The notes below the pieces were generated by a model that worked only from the letters and a program-made list of their open reading frames with translations, made no database searches and was not told the origin of the DNA. Both the position numbers and the translations under genes were made by a program. This document shows, piece by piece, positions 11,560 through 26,480 of a stretch of DNA of 64,000 bases; positions within the stretch are counted from its first letter, which is position 1, and each line of letters opens with the position of its first letter. Source of the stretch: Ginglymostoma cirratum (lineage: Eukaryota); NCBI GenBank assembly GCA_024137785.1, contig JAHRHZ010000032.1, positions 4,900,149 to 4,964,148 on the forward strand, written 5' to 3'.

Positions 11560-13250
11560 ATTTGAATTTTTTTTGGCTTGGCATGATCACTACCGTTAGT
11601 ATTCTGCTAGGAAGTCAAGGAAATTAAATAATTTGTTTGAAATCCTATCTTAGAAGTCACCTCAACATCTGACATTAAATTTAAACCTGTTGTTACTATT
11701 TGCTCCCTAAACTGTGTCGCATTCTGAATTAACTTAGTTAAAGATTCATCAATGAGCTCAAATCGGATGTGCTGCTGTTTGGTTATTTGATTCCTTCTGC
11801 CTTCTTGCAAACCTGCTGAGTCTTGCAACCTGAATACTCCTCAGTATTGACAGCATTGGAAAACATTCGACCAATTTGGTATAGTCATGATTTCCAACTT
11901 GCTGGTAGTATTTTTATATCACCATAGTTAATCTTGATGAATTCTGTCTTGTGTTTTCTGCCATGAGTCTAGGGAGCTTTGTGAAAGCTTTATTTATTGT
12001 TCCATGACCAGCTGTCCAGTAATTGAATGTTCTTTGACTTGTTCTTCCGTGACCTGTTGTTCCTTAACTTAAACAATTTGACTCCTTCCATCATTTGAAA
12101 ACAACTCAGGTCAAAATGCTGACTTGTGCTTAAGAGTGGGAATTCTTAATTGTGAACTATGCATACAGTCTGTACAATCAGATGCCCCTAAAGTAGGCAA
12201 GTTACTTGTCACAAATGTTTTACTCCTGGACGCATTTTGTGAAACTGTTGGCTATAGAGATTGTTTCTTCAACCATAGAAGATTATCTGATAAAATAATG
12301 ACACTTGGCACTGTACAGAGCTTAAAATTGATGAAATGCACATTGACATTAATGGCTTCTTGTCAAGCAGCTAGATCTGATAAGTTGTTTCTCCTATGAA
12401 TACCTTTGGCCTTCTTACTTCTGTAAGTTGTTCTATCATTTGAAATTCTTTGTGAGTAGCTATTTGTCTTTTTATTGCTCTGTGGCTATGCCCTATTTTG
12501 GCACATTTTCTGAAAACAACCTGCTCTTTTACAGATAAAGTATATCTTTGTAAATTATTGGTCACTACTTGTGCCTTTAAGGTTCCTTAGTGCCATGGCA
12601 CTAACAATGACTATTCATATCTGTTGTGCTATTCACTGCATTGGTTTCTCACAAGTGCCTTTAAGGGCCTTGTACCTTAAAAACTGAGAAGATTCTGTTG
12701 ATCTCCTGTGATAAGATTAATCTTCTAAGATTGTTTTTTCTAAACTTCTGCTTTGCTCACCATCTGAGAGGTTTTCTGTCTAGTCAAATCCTACTTTGTA
12801 ATAAATCTGACAAAAACTCATCAGCAACTCCAATGACAATTTTATCTCTTATGAATCCTGTCTTTAAACTCATCAGTTACATTTTTTTCCCCGCTAATCT
12901 GTACAGGTCACTAATGATTTACCAATGTGTTCCGTGGTTTCTGAACCCTTCAATTAAGTCTGACTCTTTCAAGAATTGTGGTTAAAATAATTTATACAGT
13001 CTTACAGTACTTCAACATATCTATCTTTTGCTTCTTTGGTTTCTTTTTCTTGGTGAGCTAAAACATCATTAGCTACACACCATAAGTTATTTACTTGGTC
13101 AAGTTTTGATTTAGTATCTTGTTTGGAAGCAATTCTAGATCTTAAGAATTTTTTCAATCAAGATGTCCAGTTCTGTGTTCTGTATCCTATCTCATCCAAG
13201 TTTGGAATCACGTCTTCCTGGCAATATTATATCTGCCATTTTCTCTAATG
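11560..13250 (-). mobile_element. Decayed Ty3/Gypsy gag-protease-RT start, Gypsy remnant 2
   Basis: Manual translation: LKKFLRSRIASKQD..DQVNNL, DLYRLA..FIRDKIVIGVADEFLSDLLQS (gag), KCAKIGH (zinc-knuckle relic), INFKLCTVPSV (decayed FKLDTGASV protease site). Confidence 0.75.
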
Positions 13251-13952
13251 TGATTATTTATTTTCCTTGTTAAAAGATGTGTAATCATTCAGTATGGCCA
13301 AATTACTGAGAACTGCTGTAATTAATATTTTCCCTTCCTTTCATGATTAAAGTGAAGTTTTTTTTTTACCTTTTGAGAGTAAATTGGATGATTTGTACAT
13401 TTTGTGCAGCTTCTCTTGACAAATCCCATTAATCACTGCCATAATATGATTCCCATTTCCTTCATGGCTCAATGACTTAACCTCACTCTCTGTACTTCTA
13501 ATAAATGATTTCTGCTGTCTTAATGGTCTTAATGAATTAATTCTGCTCCTCACACCTCAATAAGACAAATCTGATCCATTCACAGTTTTAGCTAGATGAT
13601 TTCTGAGGTACTAAATAATAATTATCGTTGCTTTCATGGTCTTTTCCGAGATGAATCCCAATGTTTGTGGTTTACATGAACTGCAGTAAAGACAGGAACC
13701 GTTTAAGTAATAGATCTCCAACCTTTCCTGGGGCCTCAATCGGCTCCTAACTATTTTCCTTCTTTACACTTTGCTTAAATTTCTAAATTGTGGCTTTATC
13801 ATTCAAATTTAGGCTTTGCAATGTTTCTGGTTCTGTGACCTTGTTTTAAATTGCTTCAATGGCCCTTGATTTCCTTTAATGTAATGATGCCCCCAAAATG
13901 TTTGCTCGCGAAAGCAACAAACTGTAAGTACTTGGATTACATCTAGCTTTGT

Positions 13953-16900
13953 AAAAAGCGTAAGAACTGCGGATGCTGTAAATCAGGATCAAAAACAGAA
14001 GCTGCTGGAAAAGCTCAGCAGGCCTGGCAGCATCTGTGAAGAAGAATCAGAGTGAACATTTTGGGTTGAGTGACCCTTCCACAGAACTGATGGTCAGTAG
14101 GAAAATGTCAGTTTGTATGCAGATGATATGGTGGGGGTAAGGGGTAAGGAGTAAGGAGTAAATGATAGGTGGGGATAGAGCCCAAAGACCCATAGCAATG
14201 TGGTTGACTCTCAGCTGCCCTCTGAAATGGCCCAGCAAGCCACTCAGTTGTACCAATTGCTACAAAGCCTCAAAGAAATGAAACTGGCAGATCACATGGT
14301 ATCTACCTAGGCACTGGAAAAGACAACGACAGAAATGGCCCTGTCGACTGTGCAAAGTCATCCTCGCTAACATCTCGGGGTCAGTGTCAAAATTGGAAGA
14401 GCTGTCTCACAGACGAGTCAAACAACAGCCTGACATAGTTATACTCACAGAATCATACCTTACAAACAATGTCCCAGACACCACCATCACCATCCCTGGA
14501 TGTGTCCTGTCTCACAGTCAGGACCGACCCAGCAGAGGGGACAGCACAACGGTATACAGTTAGGAGGGAGTTGCTCTGGTAGTCCTCAACATTGACTCCG
14601 GATCCCATGAAGTCTCGTGGCTTCAGGTTAAACATGGGCAAGGACATCTCCTGCTGATTACCACATACCGTCCTTCCTCAGTGGATGAATTAGTATTCCT
14701 CAATGTTGATCAACACTTAGAAGAAGCACTGGGGATGGCAAGGTCACAAAATGTACTCTGGGTGGGGGATTTCAATGTCCACCACCAAGAGTGGCCCGGC
14801 AGCAGTACTACCGATAGAGCTGGTCGGGTCCTAAGGGACATAGCTGTTAGACTGGGTCTGTGGCAGGTGGTGAGGGGACCAACAAGAGGGAAGAACATAC
14901 TTGACTTCATCCTTACTAATCCACCAGCTGCAGTTGCATCTGTCCATGACAGTATCGGTAAGAGTGACTATCGCACAGTCCTTGTGGAGACTAAGTCCCG
15001 CCTTCAATTTGAGAACAACCTCCATCGTGTTGTGTGGCACTATCACCGTGTTAAATGAGACAGACTTTGCACAGATCTAGCAACTCAAGACTGGGCATCC
15101 ATGAGGCGCTGTGGGCCATCAACAGCAGCAGAATCGTACTCCAGCACAATCTGTAACCTCATGGCCCAGCATATCTCCACTCAACCATTACCATCAAGCC
15201 AGGGGATCAACCCTGGTTCAATGAAGAGTGCAGAAGGGCATGCCAGGAGCAGCACCAGGCATACCTGAAGATGAGGTATCTACCTGGTGAAGGCACCAAA
15301 CAGGACTACTTGCACGCCAAACAGCAAAAGCAGCAAGTGATAGACAAATAATCCCATAACCAGCAGATCAGATCTAAGCTCTGCAGTCCTGTCACATCCA
15401 GTCATGAATTGTGGTGGACAATTAAACAATTCACTGGAGGAAGAGGGTCCACAAATATCCCTGTCCTCAATGATGGAAGAGCCCAGTACATCAGTGCAAA
15501 AGATAAGGCTCAAGCATTCGCAGCAATCTTCAGCCAGAAGTGCCAAGTAGATGATCCATCTCAGCCTCCTGCAGTGGTCCCCAGCACTACAGTTACCAGT
15601 CTTCAGCCAATTTGATTCACTCCATGTGATATCAAGAAATGGTTGGAGACACTGGATATTGCAAAGGCTACGGGCCTTGACAACATTCCAGCAATAGTAC
15701 TGAAGACTTGTGCTGTAGAACCTGTTGCTCCCCTAGCCATGCTATTCCAGCACAGTGATGGAAGGTGTCAACAACAGTGCTATCAAGCAGCACCTGCTCA
15801 GTGACTCCCAGTTTGGGTTCCACCAGTGCCACTCAGCTCCTGACCTCATTACAGCTTTGGTTCGAACATGGACAAAAGAGCTGAATTCCAGAGGTGAGGT
15901 GAGAGTGACAGCCCTTGACATCAAGGCTGCATTCAACCGAGTGTGGCATCAAGGAGCCCCAGCAAAACTGGAATCAATGGGTATCAAGGGGCAAACACTC
16001 TGGTGGTTGGAGTCATACCCGACACACAGGAAGATGGTCGTAGTTGTGGGAGGTCAATCATCCCAGCTCCAGGACATCTCTGCAGGAGTTTTTCAGGGTA
16101 GTGTCCTAGGGTCAACCATCTTCAGCTGCTCCACCATGACCTTCCCTCTATCATAAGGTCAGAAGTGGGGATGTTCGCTGATGATTGCACAATGTGCAGC
16201 ACCATTCATGACTCCTCAGATACTGAAGCAGTCCATGTTCACATGCCACAAGATCTGGACAATATCCAGACTCGGGCTGACAAGTGGCAAATGACATTTG
16301 TGCCACACAAATGCCAGGCTATGACCATCACCAATAAGAGACAATCTAACCACCACCTCTTGGCATTCAATGGTGTTACCATCACTGAATCCCCCACTAT
16401 CAACATCCTGGGGGTTACCATTGACCAGAAACTCAACTGGACTCACCACATTAACCTACAAGAGCAGGCCAGAAGGTAGGAATACTGCAGCGAGTAAATC
16501 ACCTCCTGACTCCTCAAAGCCTGTCCACCATCTACAAGGCACAAGTCAGGAGTGTGATGGAATACTCCCCACTTGTCTGGATGAGTGCAGCCCCAAAAAC
16601 ACTCAAGAAGCTTGACACCATCCAGGACAAAGCAGCCCACTTGATTGGCACTACATCCACAAGCGTTCACTCCCTCCACCACTGATGCTCAGTAACAGCA
16701 GTGTGTACTATCTACAAGATGCACTGCAGAAATTCTCCAAAGATCCTCAGACAGTACCTTCCAAATCCACAACCACTTCCATCTAGAAGGACAAGGGCAT
16801 CAGACAAATGGGAACACCACCACCTCCAAGTCCCCCTCCAAGTCACTGACCATCCTGACTTGGAAATATATCGTCATTCCTTCACTGTCGCTGGGTCAAA

Positions 16901-17885
16901 ATCCTGGAATTCCCTCCCTTATAGCATTTTGGGTCAACCCACAGCAGGAAGACTGCTACAGTTCAAGAAGGTAGCTCACCACCACCTACTCAAGGGCAAT
17001 TAGGGATGGGCAAGAAATGCTGGCCAGCCAGCGACGCCCACATAGACAAAAGAGAGAAAAGCAGTTGGACAAAGGAGCTGATAAAGATCTGGCTAGGACA
17101 GTGAATAGCTATTAATGGGGACGGTTAGTGGCTAATAATGCATTATGTGTAATGTCAGACAATGTGATGATAAGACCTGGTGTGTGGGATGGTGAGATGG
17201 ACATGGGAGAGTTCAGGCCCTAAAGTTATTGAACTTGATGTTGAGTCCAGAGGGCTGTAGGATCCCCTAGCAGAAAATGAGGTGCTGTTCTTCCAGCTTG
17301 CATTGAGCTTCACTGGAACACTGCAGCAAGCCAGAGACAGAAATGTTAGTCGGGGAACAAGGTGGTGTGTTTAAGTGGCAGGCAACTGGAAGCTCAGGGT
17401 CTTTTCTGGGGGCAGAACTAAGATGTTCTGTGAAGCAGTCACCCAGTCTACACTTCGTTTCCCCAATGTAGAAAAAATCATATTGTGAGCAGTGAATGCA
17501 GTAGACTAGATTGTGGGAAATGCAGGTGAAGCGCTGCTTCACCTGAAAGGTGTGTTTGGCCCCTTGGATACTGGGGTGGGAGGAGGTAAATGGGCAGGTG
17601 TTACACCTTCAATGGTTGCAGGGGAAGGTGCGTGGGGCTGTTGGGGGTGAAGGAAGAGTGGACCAAGGGTGTCCCAGAGAGAATGGTCCCTGCAGAAGGC
17701 AGACAAGGAAGGGATGGGAAATACGTGTCTGGTGGTGGCATCCCGCTGGGGGTGGCGGAAATGGTGTCTGATGATCTTCTGGACGTGGATACTGGTGGGA
17801 TGGTAGGTAAGGACAAAGGGAATCCTATCGCTGTTGTGGGAGGGAAGAGGAGTGAGGGTGGAAGTGCAGGAGATGGGTCTTGAAC
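13953..17885 (-). mobile_element. Penelope-like element 3' part (GIY-YIG plus terminal repeat), split by a LINE: pieces 13953-14189 and 17044-17885
   Basis: ORF 17267-17542 (FTCISHNLVYCIHCSQ..YIGETKCRLGD..EH) is a Penelope-type GIY-YIG endonuclease. The terminal repeat matches 51368-51495. Confidence 0.85.
14190..17043 (+). mobile_element. APE-RT LINE (CR1/L2 group), ORF2 only, decayed, with a SINE-like 5' end (copy 1)
   Basis: QPDIVILTESYL, WVGDFNVHH, TRGKNILD, SDY (APE); QFGF, ALDIKAAF, QGSVLG, MFADD (RT). 3' tail gggcaattagggatgggcaagaaatgctggcc. Confidence 0.9.
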
Positions 17886-20800
17886 AGATCCGTTCACTAT
17901 TTTGTTGTTTACCTCAATTCTTCATGTCACTGCATGAAAGGAAAACGTGATAATGTGGATGATGAAAAAGAATGTCTAATATCCATAAATAATCCCCACA
18001 GGATTAAAAAAATTTGGAAAGATTTTAATCATAGGTGTGCGGACAAGGTACTTCTAGAAACACAATGACTTTTTTCAAGACGCATTATTTTATTAACAAC
18101 AAAATGACAAAAGATTTCAAAGCACACCACATTTTAAAATTTACATTAAAATACATCACAAATGAAATTTTGCCATATCATGCACTATTAATACATAGAA
18201 AATACCTAAAATAGGGCATTTGTCCAAACAATGAGAAATTGGGAATATTCTTTAACACCTTAAGCAATATTTATGATTTAATTGAAGTGTCAATTTATGA
18301 CAGGAGTTCCGTATCAGTGACAATAAATATCACGGTGCCAACAGTATAGAATTGTTTGTTTTGATCATGAGTTGGAGTAAAGACTGCTACCTCACAATTT
18401 CAAATTTAATTCAGGTCAACTACATAGGTTATGCTGGAAGAAATGCCTATGCACAGGAACAAATATATCAGACTGGTTGTGTGAGATGTTCATTCTTCAA
18501 TTAATTTTAATACTGTGAAGCATTCATTTTTCAACAATTTTCCAAGTTAGCTGTAGGATTTCAAACTAGAAGGTCTCATCTTTTAAAAGATCTTTACCAG
18601 CAGCCGTGCAAGGACCCCTTGAAATCATTTTGTGAATATGTCAGCATTATAGGTACAAAGTGCACTAATCTCATGACGGGACAATTATATACATCTACCA
18701 AATCAATAAAATGGTTTCATGTGCTTCTGACAAAGTTTGACACTTTGAATTGGTCATGTGGCAATCTGACAAAGTTTTAAGAAGTTGTGAAGAAAATAGA
18801 ATGAATCAGATTTAATGCATAATAACTTCTTCAAGGAAGCACATTCAGTTCTGCCGCAAGCCTTAAGTTACAACACACTCCATTGGAGAAGCTACACTAT
18901 TAATATAGGACCACCTGAAATACAATGATTCGGTTTCAGTGTCAAATTATCATTCTTGTATTCAGTGGTAATGTTTGTTTTCTCTTTGTAAATCCACAAT
19001 TAACATCTACCTGTGTGGGAAACCTTACAATGGGCATGAGAGTTGTGTTGGCTGGATGAGATTAATTGTATTTCTAGTGACATTCAGAATCCAAGTTTTC
19101 TATCTGCTGAAACTATGGGGTAAATTTTCATCTAGTATTCACATAGGCAGTAAGCTAATGATGTAGATCACTGCCAAATGTTCAAGCCACTTGAATTTCA
19201 TTCCATTGATAGGTTCCATAACAGGCTGGGAGGGGAAGGACATTTCACTCCACCAGAGTGCTGTCCATGTGGTGATGCTGAAAACTTAACGCACTCTTGT
19301 CTGATGATCAACCTGACCACGAAGGAAGTTTGCAGTAAGTCACTTTCTGACCATTGGAACATGTTGCTGCATGTGCAATAATCAACTATATTCATTGCAA
19401 GCTCTACTCGATAGCATTTTAAACATTTAAACTCACATTCAAAATTGGAACAGCTCCAAGATGCTTGTGAGTTTTTCAAAGTGCAATAACTCGCTGACAT
19501 TACACTGACAATGGTCCCATTCATTAGTAGTTATGTGCTGATACCATTTTACAAAATATTTCAAGAACAGTTGTGAGTAGAACAGCAAAAGACAGCTTCA
19601 CATGGAACAATCAGACAAATATGATGGTCAAATCAATCCTGAAATGCACAATCCATTGTACTTGAACTCTGTATTCTACCTTGCATCCACCATCTACCCA
19701 ATTTTCTAAAATAACTGATACATATTTTGAAAAATTTTTCAAAAAATTTTCAAAAGACTTAAAAGTTTTCGATTTCACTTTGTATCAACCTTTACTCCCC
19801 AGATCTGATGACAAATGATAAGGCTCATTCAGCTTGTCAGGCAACAGGTTATTGTAAATTATACTAAAATTCCATGACAGATTATATTCACATATATCAT
19901 ATTGATTTCAACCAGCAATATCTAACCCACAAAATACCATCCTATTAAATGTTATACATAGGTAATACATGCAGACTTAGTTAAATGTAATTTAAAATAA
20001 TATTTACTACCATAACTAATAGAAATATATAGATTTAGATATCTGCTTCTAGTTTGAATTTGACCAACTGGAAAATGGTGCACTCAATTATTATTTAGCA
20101 CAGTTTTAACATATAAGTCATTTCTTCTCCGAAATTCAAATTTGCAAAACAAAAACAAAAGGAAGACATACGCAGTGAGATTTGCTGCATTTCTCCAGGT
20201 GAAAAATATCTGGCTAATTCCCCAGTCATCCCACAGATTGATAGATATTGTGAGAAACGGAAGATTGAGGTATTAGTTGAAAATATCTTTATAATAAAGT
20301 GGATTCAAACTTGGAATAGCTCTCTTTCAATCTGTCTAGCAAGCATGTTATAATTTGCACTGAGAGGAATTTGAATACACGATGGAATCATGCTGATTTG
20401 AAAGATTTGATTGGAACTTTAGCAAATACCTAATGTCTCGTAACTGGTTTATTTGATATGCCTATTCTCCATCCACACAGCTTCCCAAACATATGTAATA
20501 TTTCAAATAAACTGTTTTGTTACAAATATAAATGAGGAAAAAGATATTTCCACTGGCAGAAGGCTGGCATTAAGAGTACATAATTAAGATAATTGTCAAA
20601 AGAACCAGAGGGGAAATGGAGAGAATTCTTTTTAAGTAGCAAGCTGTTATTACAATCATTAACTGGAACACATTGCCTAAAAAGGTGCTGAAAGCAGATT
20701 CAAAAGTGAACTGGAATACCCTTAAAAAGGAAACATTTGCACTGTTAGGGGCAAGAGGATGGTAATGGCACAAATATGGATATCTCAGAGAGCTGACAAA

Positions 20801-21149
20801 AGCACAATGGCCACATTCTGTACTGTATGATTCTATGAAAGCAGTTTCTTTCAGGGTGGAATGGAAATGATCCAGGAAAGAAAGGTAAATAGTTGAATAA
20901 TGGTGTGTACTGATTTACTTGATCCCTTTGAGAAGCAGCTGCATACTTCAATTGCATCCAGCCACTCTGAACTGGAGGCCAAATTCTAGACAGAATGACT
21001 GAGGCTGGAAAATGTGTGAGAAACGTCAATGAGAACAGATACGTCCTTTACACCATTCACAATCAAGCAGTTTACTGGAAATTACTATTCAGGATCAGGA
21101 ATAAAGACTGCCAATTTGGATGGGATGACATCCTGGTGGTGCTGTACAT

Positions 21150-21720
21150 GGAATTGTACTCCAGCAAGGTTGTGTGAGCTGCAAAGATTTGAACAATTGG
21201 AGAAATACCACAAGTGATACCTTTAGAAGTTTTTACACATCTGGTGACCGCAAAGATGGTCCAATGACTTTTGCCTAACGTTAAGCTGCAAATGAGTCAA
21301 AACCAGCTCTGAACCTGAACATGCCATTCATATTCCTGATTTCAGGCTCCTGAAGCAATGTTCCACTTGGAGATCAGTTGTAGCAGGAAACTCCCAGGAG
21401 ACTGGCAGAAATGCTTTAGAAATCTCCTTAAAACATTCCTGAAAAGGTCTCACATACCCACTGACTCATGAAAAACCTTCTTGTGAATAATGAAAATGGG
21501 GAAGGCTCATTCAGGAGAGCATCATGACACTTTGTCAGGAAAATAAAGAGGTGAAGTCAAGGCATTGGAGGGACATAAACCTCTAAATAGTCCATCTACC
21601 CAATCTTAAAGAGTCACCTACCCCACCTTTGGAAGAATCTGCAGATCATGCAATAGATTGATTAGCCATTTCAGAATCCAAATGAATTGAAGTCGAAACA
21701 GGATTTTGCTTGACCCCTGG
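21150..21720 (+). mobile_element. Very old LINE 3' remnant, possibly RTE clade
   Basis: Traces of QLEKYH..L and QKCFRNLLKTFLK resembling the RTE ORF2 C-terminus. Confidence 0.4.
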
Positions 21721-24437
21721 GGACAGTTTAAGAACAGAATTCTCCAGCAAGATTCAGGATCTTCAGGTGGTATGGAAGGAATATAGAAAATTAACTAAAG
21801 GGGAAAAAAACAAAAAGGGAAAAAATATTTGGCTTATCACTGTCAGTTTATTGATACTGATATATCGTAATTCAGTTTTATACCTACAAGAATAAACTAT
21901 TTGTGATAAACCACTTACCAATTTAAATACATATTTAACTGAGGAGCATGGCCAGAATTTATGAACTGTTACTTGAGATTTTAAAAAAAATGTTTTGAGG
22001 TTTGGGATAGAAATAGTTAATCTTGGATTTCAATAACATTAATACCATTTCTATCACATAGATGTTTCCTATCACATAAATACTTCCTCTTTACAAAGCC
22101 CTGGTGTGGGGGAATAGGATACTTTTCAAAAGGTAGGTACAAACTCGATGGGCTGATTGGCCTCTTTCAGCCTTTTCTCAATAAACAGTTTGCATGTGCA
22201 TTTTCATTGAACAAAAAAATCTCTTGATTGCACAAGTAGATGATGAAAATGTTAAAAATCATGCCAATTTTTTTACAACTCTTGGAAAGTTGCAATATCT
22301 GCAATTTGAAGTTCATTATCAGTTTCCCTGTAGGTTATGGGAATGATATGAATAGTGCACATCATTCATGTCATTATACTTTCATTTAAATATTAATTAA
22401 AGAGTATGCTTGCATGACTTGTATTAAATGAATACTGCTGACTGTAGGATTTTCCACAATACGCAACAAAGCCCTAGGCACCAACTTTATCATTTGTCAT
22501 TTTTACATTTCTGCTCAATTATCCAAACCAAACTCAAAAGTAGAATATGCATTTGCTGAAACGCCCAATTACAGTCTGCTTTTTGAAGCTGCGGTATGAT
22601 CTTTTGTGCATGCTAGTGCAGAAGCAGTTATGTCTTTCCTGGCTTGCTCAGTCAAGACTTAAGTTTAATAGACCCATATTGCTACTTTACTCATTCATGG
22701 CTTTGGTGGTGATGCCAATTGATGTTGTCCAGAAATATTGCTGTTGCCATTTCACACAACTTGGCGGCTCGCAGATTGTGCTGGGTAAATCAGAATCTGT
22801 ATCCTTGATCTTTTTTTAGAGTCAGCATTATCCAAAGTTGGTGAAACTCCACCAGAAATTTTCCAGAATTAAAAGTGTTCGGGAATGCCCAATAGAATTT
22901 TTCAGTCAACAATTTCATAGTCAGTACCAAGCTATGAACCCAGAAAAACTGTTCACTTTCTCAGTGGAGCCAAATGTTTCAGAGAGTTTGATGAAACAAA
23001 CCTTTCAACAGCTAAATTGGTGCCTTCTACAGCCTGTCATATTTATGTTATCTTAAATAACAGCATTCCCAAAACAATTCATCCATTACTGGACTAATAA
23101 TTTGCAGTGTATTTAATTACCAGATGTAAATTCATTGCTTCTTTGCAGACCAGTCATAGTTTTCAGCTGGATCCGTCTGTTCGTTGAGTGAACTCCACAA
23201 AAATATAACTCAGCAATTCTACGACTGATGCATCTCGGAATGGCCTTTAACCGATATTGATAGTCAAACTCAAATATTTAACATATTTGATTACTCATTT
23301 ATCATTAGGTTCCATGCCTTTATAGAGATTGTGATATTTTATTGTATTTTACCATTAGAAAATGCTTAAGCTGTATTTCTAGAACTTATTTTACATGGTG
23401 ATTTCCCAATTCTTCCACTCACACTTGAGAATCTTTATTTGAGTAAACTGCTTTGGTTTACTAACTCAATAACACATTTTTACTGCTTCCTTTGTCTGTG
23501 CTTTTTTTTAAAACCTCTTTTGAATGTTTAGTATTTAATAAGTTCCGAGTTATGTAAATGAATGTCTCACTTTCCAACATAAAGCTGGGTAAGTGATACT
23601 TTCAAATCTGTATAACCCAAATTCAGAGAAGCATAAATTCAGTGCAAATATCTGCAAAAGCAAGTTTCATAAGCCAGGGAATTCAAACCTTTTAATGAAT
23701 GTTGAACTTATTATAGTGATATTAATGTGCAATGTAGAGGTTATGTTACAATGTGAACTTCTGACACTAGGGAGGAAAGGACACAATTTAGGCTATTTAT
23801 ACATCATGTTACTTTAGATTTAGCATTTTAATCCATCACTTCACTTGGCATTGGGACTGTGTAGAACAGTCCATGAGACTATAAGTGATCAACTAACTTT
23901 ACCAGCAACTCCACAGCTCTTTTATATTCTCCACTCATGGCTATATATAACAATTGGCTATCAAAGGCTTGTTCTCCCTTGCTACCCTGACCAATGAACA
24001 CATTGTGTGCCACTGGCCACATACTCAAAAGGAGGATCTTTTGCCTAAGTAGTTGATCAGATGAGGAATCAAGTGATTGTGTTCAGGATGAGACGCTGTG
24101 ACATGCAAACAAGATATAAATTTAGATTTTAGAGGAAAACCAAAGCAAATTTTTAAACAAAACTTATTATCATAATTCATCATTACTGCAAGAGGTCAGC
24201 AAACTTAACAAAAGTGCTAATCATTAGAAATACCAAATATAACCTGAAACCATTGCTGGTCATCCAACAAATATCATTGAAGGCAGGTAAAGATATTATC
24301 AGACTCTCACGCAAAAATTTGCAGCTTCTGTGAACTGTAACAATAGTGTATAAATTAGAAATACTAAGTTAGGGATGCATTGGGTTACAACAGCCTCACA
24401 TATTTGAGTACTGTGTTCCTGGTACTTATACATTTTA

Positions 24438-24603
24438 TCTTATTCATTTGTGGGATGTGGGCATCGAAGGCTGGCTGACATTTATTGCCCATTCCTAGTT
24501 GCCCTTGAGAAGGTGGTGGTGAGCTGCTTTCTTGAATCACTGCAGTCCACCCGCTGTGGGTTGACCCACAATGCCATTAGGGAGGGAATTTTAGAAATTT
24601 GAC
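24438..24603 (-). mobile_element. Short 3' end of the LINE family at 14190-17043
   Basis: Reverse complement aligns with about 16900-17043. Confidence 0.85.
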
Positions 24604-26480
24604 ATGCATGACATGTGATAATGGAGGGACATAAACCACATGAAAGAAGAATAATTTTATCTAGGAAGTACAGTTAATTCTATTCTGCTTAGTTTGTGCA
24701 GTGGGATTTATGTGAACAGCTCAGAGATCTCTTCTATCAAATCAAATGAATCAAACAATCACCGATCAATTCAAAACTGATTTGCATCAAAATTATATCA
24801 ATTCAACATGAAAACTAAAAAGTTAGTTGTGCATAGAGGTCTAGCTAGGTTGGTTAATCCTCTCACATATTATCTTGTTTTGAACTCCATCTCCATGGTT
24901 TGATGCTGCCCTCATAAGACCACTCAGATCTCTGGCATTCACCTTTCCAAGCTCATTTCTCTTTCCTCACTTAAATATTCAATTTTTTTCTCCCCCTATT
25001 GTGGAATTTGTGGTTTTTAAGAGTTTGATTCAATTAAATCATCATTTTTGTTTTAGTGCAAAACATTTTTACATGGAAAAATTCACCAATAATTCAAAGC
25101 TACCCACAGCATAACCTCACTGTGTGATGTGAAATTGTACATGATTAAAATGGTAAATACACATTGATTTCATTTCAACAGAATATTCTTGAATGTAGAA
25201 TGTTTGAGACTTTTCTGAAGATATTCAAGCTGAGGCATGTGTTACATGATTAGACTAAATGGGCTTGCAACTAAACCCAGGATTTTGTCAGCACATTGAA
25301 CCTGCTTGGGCACCGAATCTGTTCAGACTTGTCACCATTTCCTTTGACCAAATGACACTCTTTCAAAAAGAACACTATCAGAACGAAACAGGCAATGATA
25401 ACAATTCTTGTTCAATCACAGAATAAAAAGTTTTTCAAAAAGTGCAAAAACAACATATTAAAAAAAACTATCCAGCTGCATGACTACTTTCCATTCTACA
25501 CAATTGCAGCTTGATCAGATTTCTGTATCAAAAATTCATCAATGAGAAACATTGGCTGTACTTGCTAATAGTCTGCTTAAGCTTTATCTATATTTATTAA
25601 GAAGGATGGAATTTCTTTGTCCGTATCCTGTATTAAGTAATATTTGTGTTTGTGTAATCCTGTCGTAATGCAGTCATAACACTGATGACGATCTTTGCAG
25701 GGTGTCCTTCCTTGCTTTTCTATTGCACAAGTTCTAGTCATTTGACACTTGTCAAAAAACTGACGCAACGTCTTTGAGTCTTTAGTGCTACAGCTTCTTC
25801 TCAGCTTTTATGAAGTTTCCACTCCTCTTTTGTTCCATTGTTCAAATGTTCAGAACAGTGCAATGACTGAATAGAAAGTCTGGATGTTATGTCCATCCTT
25901 CCAGTTATGACATTTCTGATTTGGTGTTGACTATTCTCAGACATTGTAACTAAGCGTTGGGGCAGTTAAGTGTAATGAAGCATTAAAAAATCCTAAATCT
26001 TACATCATTACAGCTCAATATTTCTCTCCACAGGTCTGCATTTGCTACAGTTCTGTATTTTTCAAAATTGAAAATAGTCTTAACATTCAGGAGATCATCT
26101 GACATTTTAATGAGATCAGACTTATTACACATGGCAGACTAGTGTGACAAGCAGAGCTCTCATGCAGTAAAAACAGTTGGCAGAAGACTACACATCTACA
26201 TTAGTGTAAAATTAAACATTCCAAATATATCAACTAATTGTGTTGGGAGTAATGGGGAGGAGACCAATTGAGGTGAATATCTTGGAATAAAAGTACCCAC
26301 TCTCCCTCCTACCTCACTGCCATGACCCTCAGAATGTACATTCTTAATGTGGAAGATATTGCTTCCAAACGTGGATTTTTTTGGGAGGGTAATTATTGAT
26401 CCTTAATTCATTATAACTTTAACCCCATCAGTTGAATATCATTTAGATTTTTTTATGAAAGCCATTTGCCTGCTCCTTTG

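Larger units (their letters stand above)
18070..26480 (-). other. Probable long 3' UTR of IGSF3 (distal limit uncertain)
   Basis: AT-rich stretch with few young repeats directly after the stop codon. Minus-strand AATAAA at 18089-18094; proximal alternatives at about 25593 and 23434. Confidence 0.45.

Noticed and set aside
7450-13950. Exons of a neighbouring host gene such as CD58/CD2
   Set aside because: Coding-like stretches translate as decayed Gypsy or LINE; no supported exon found.
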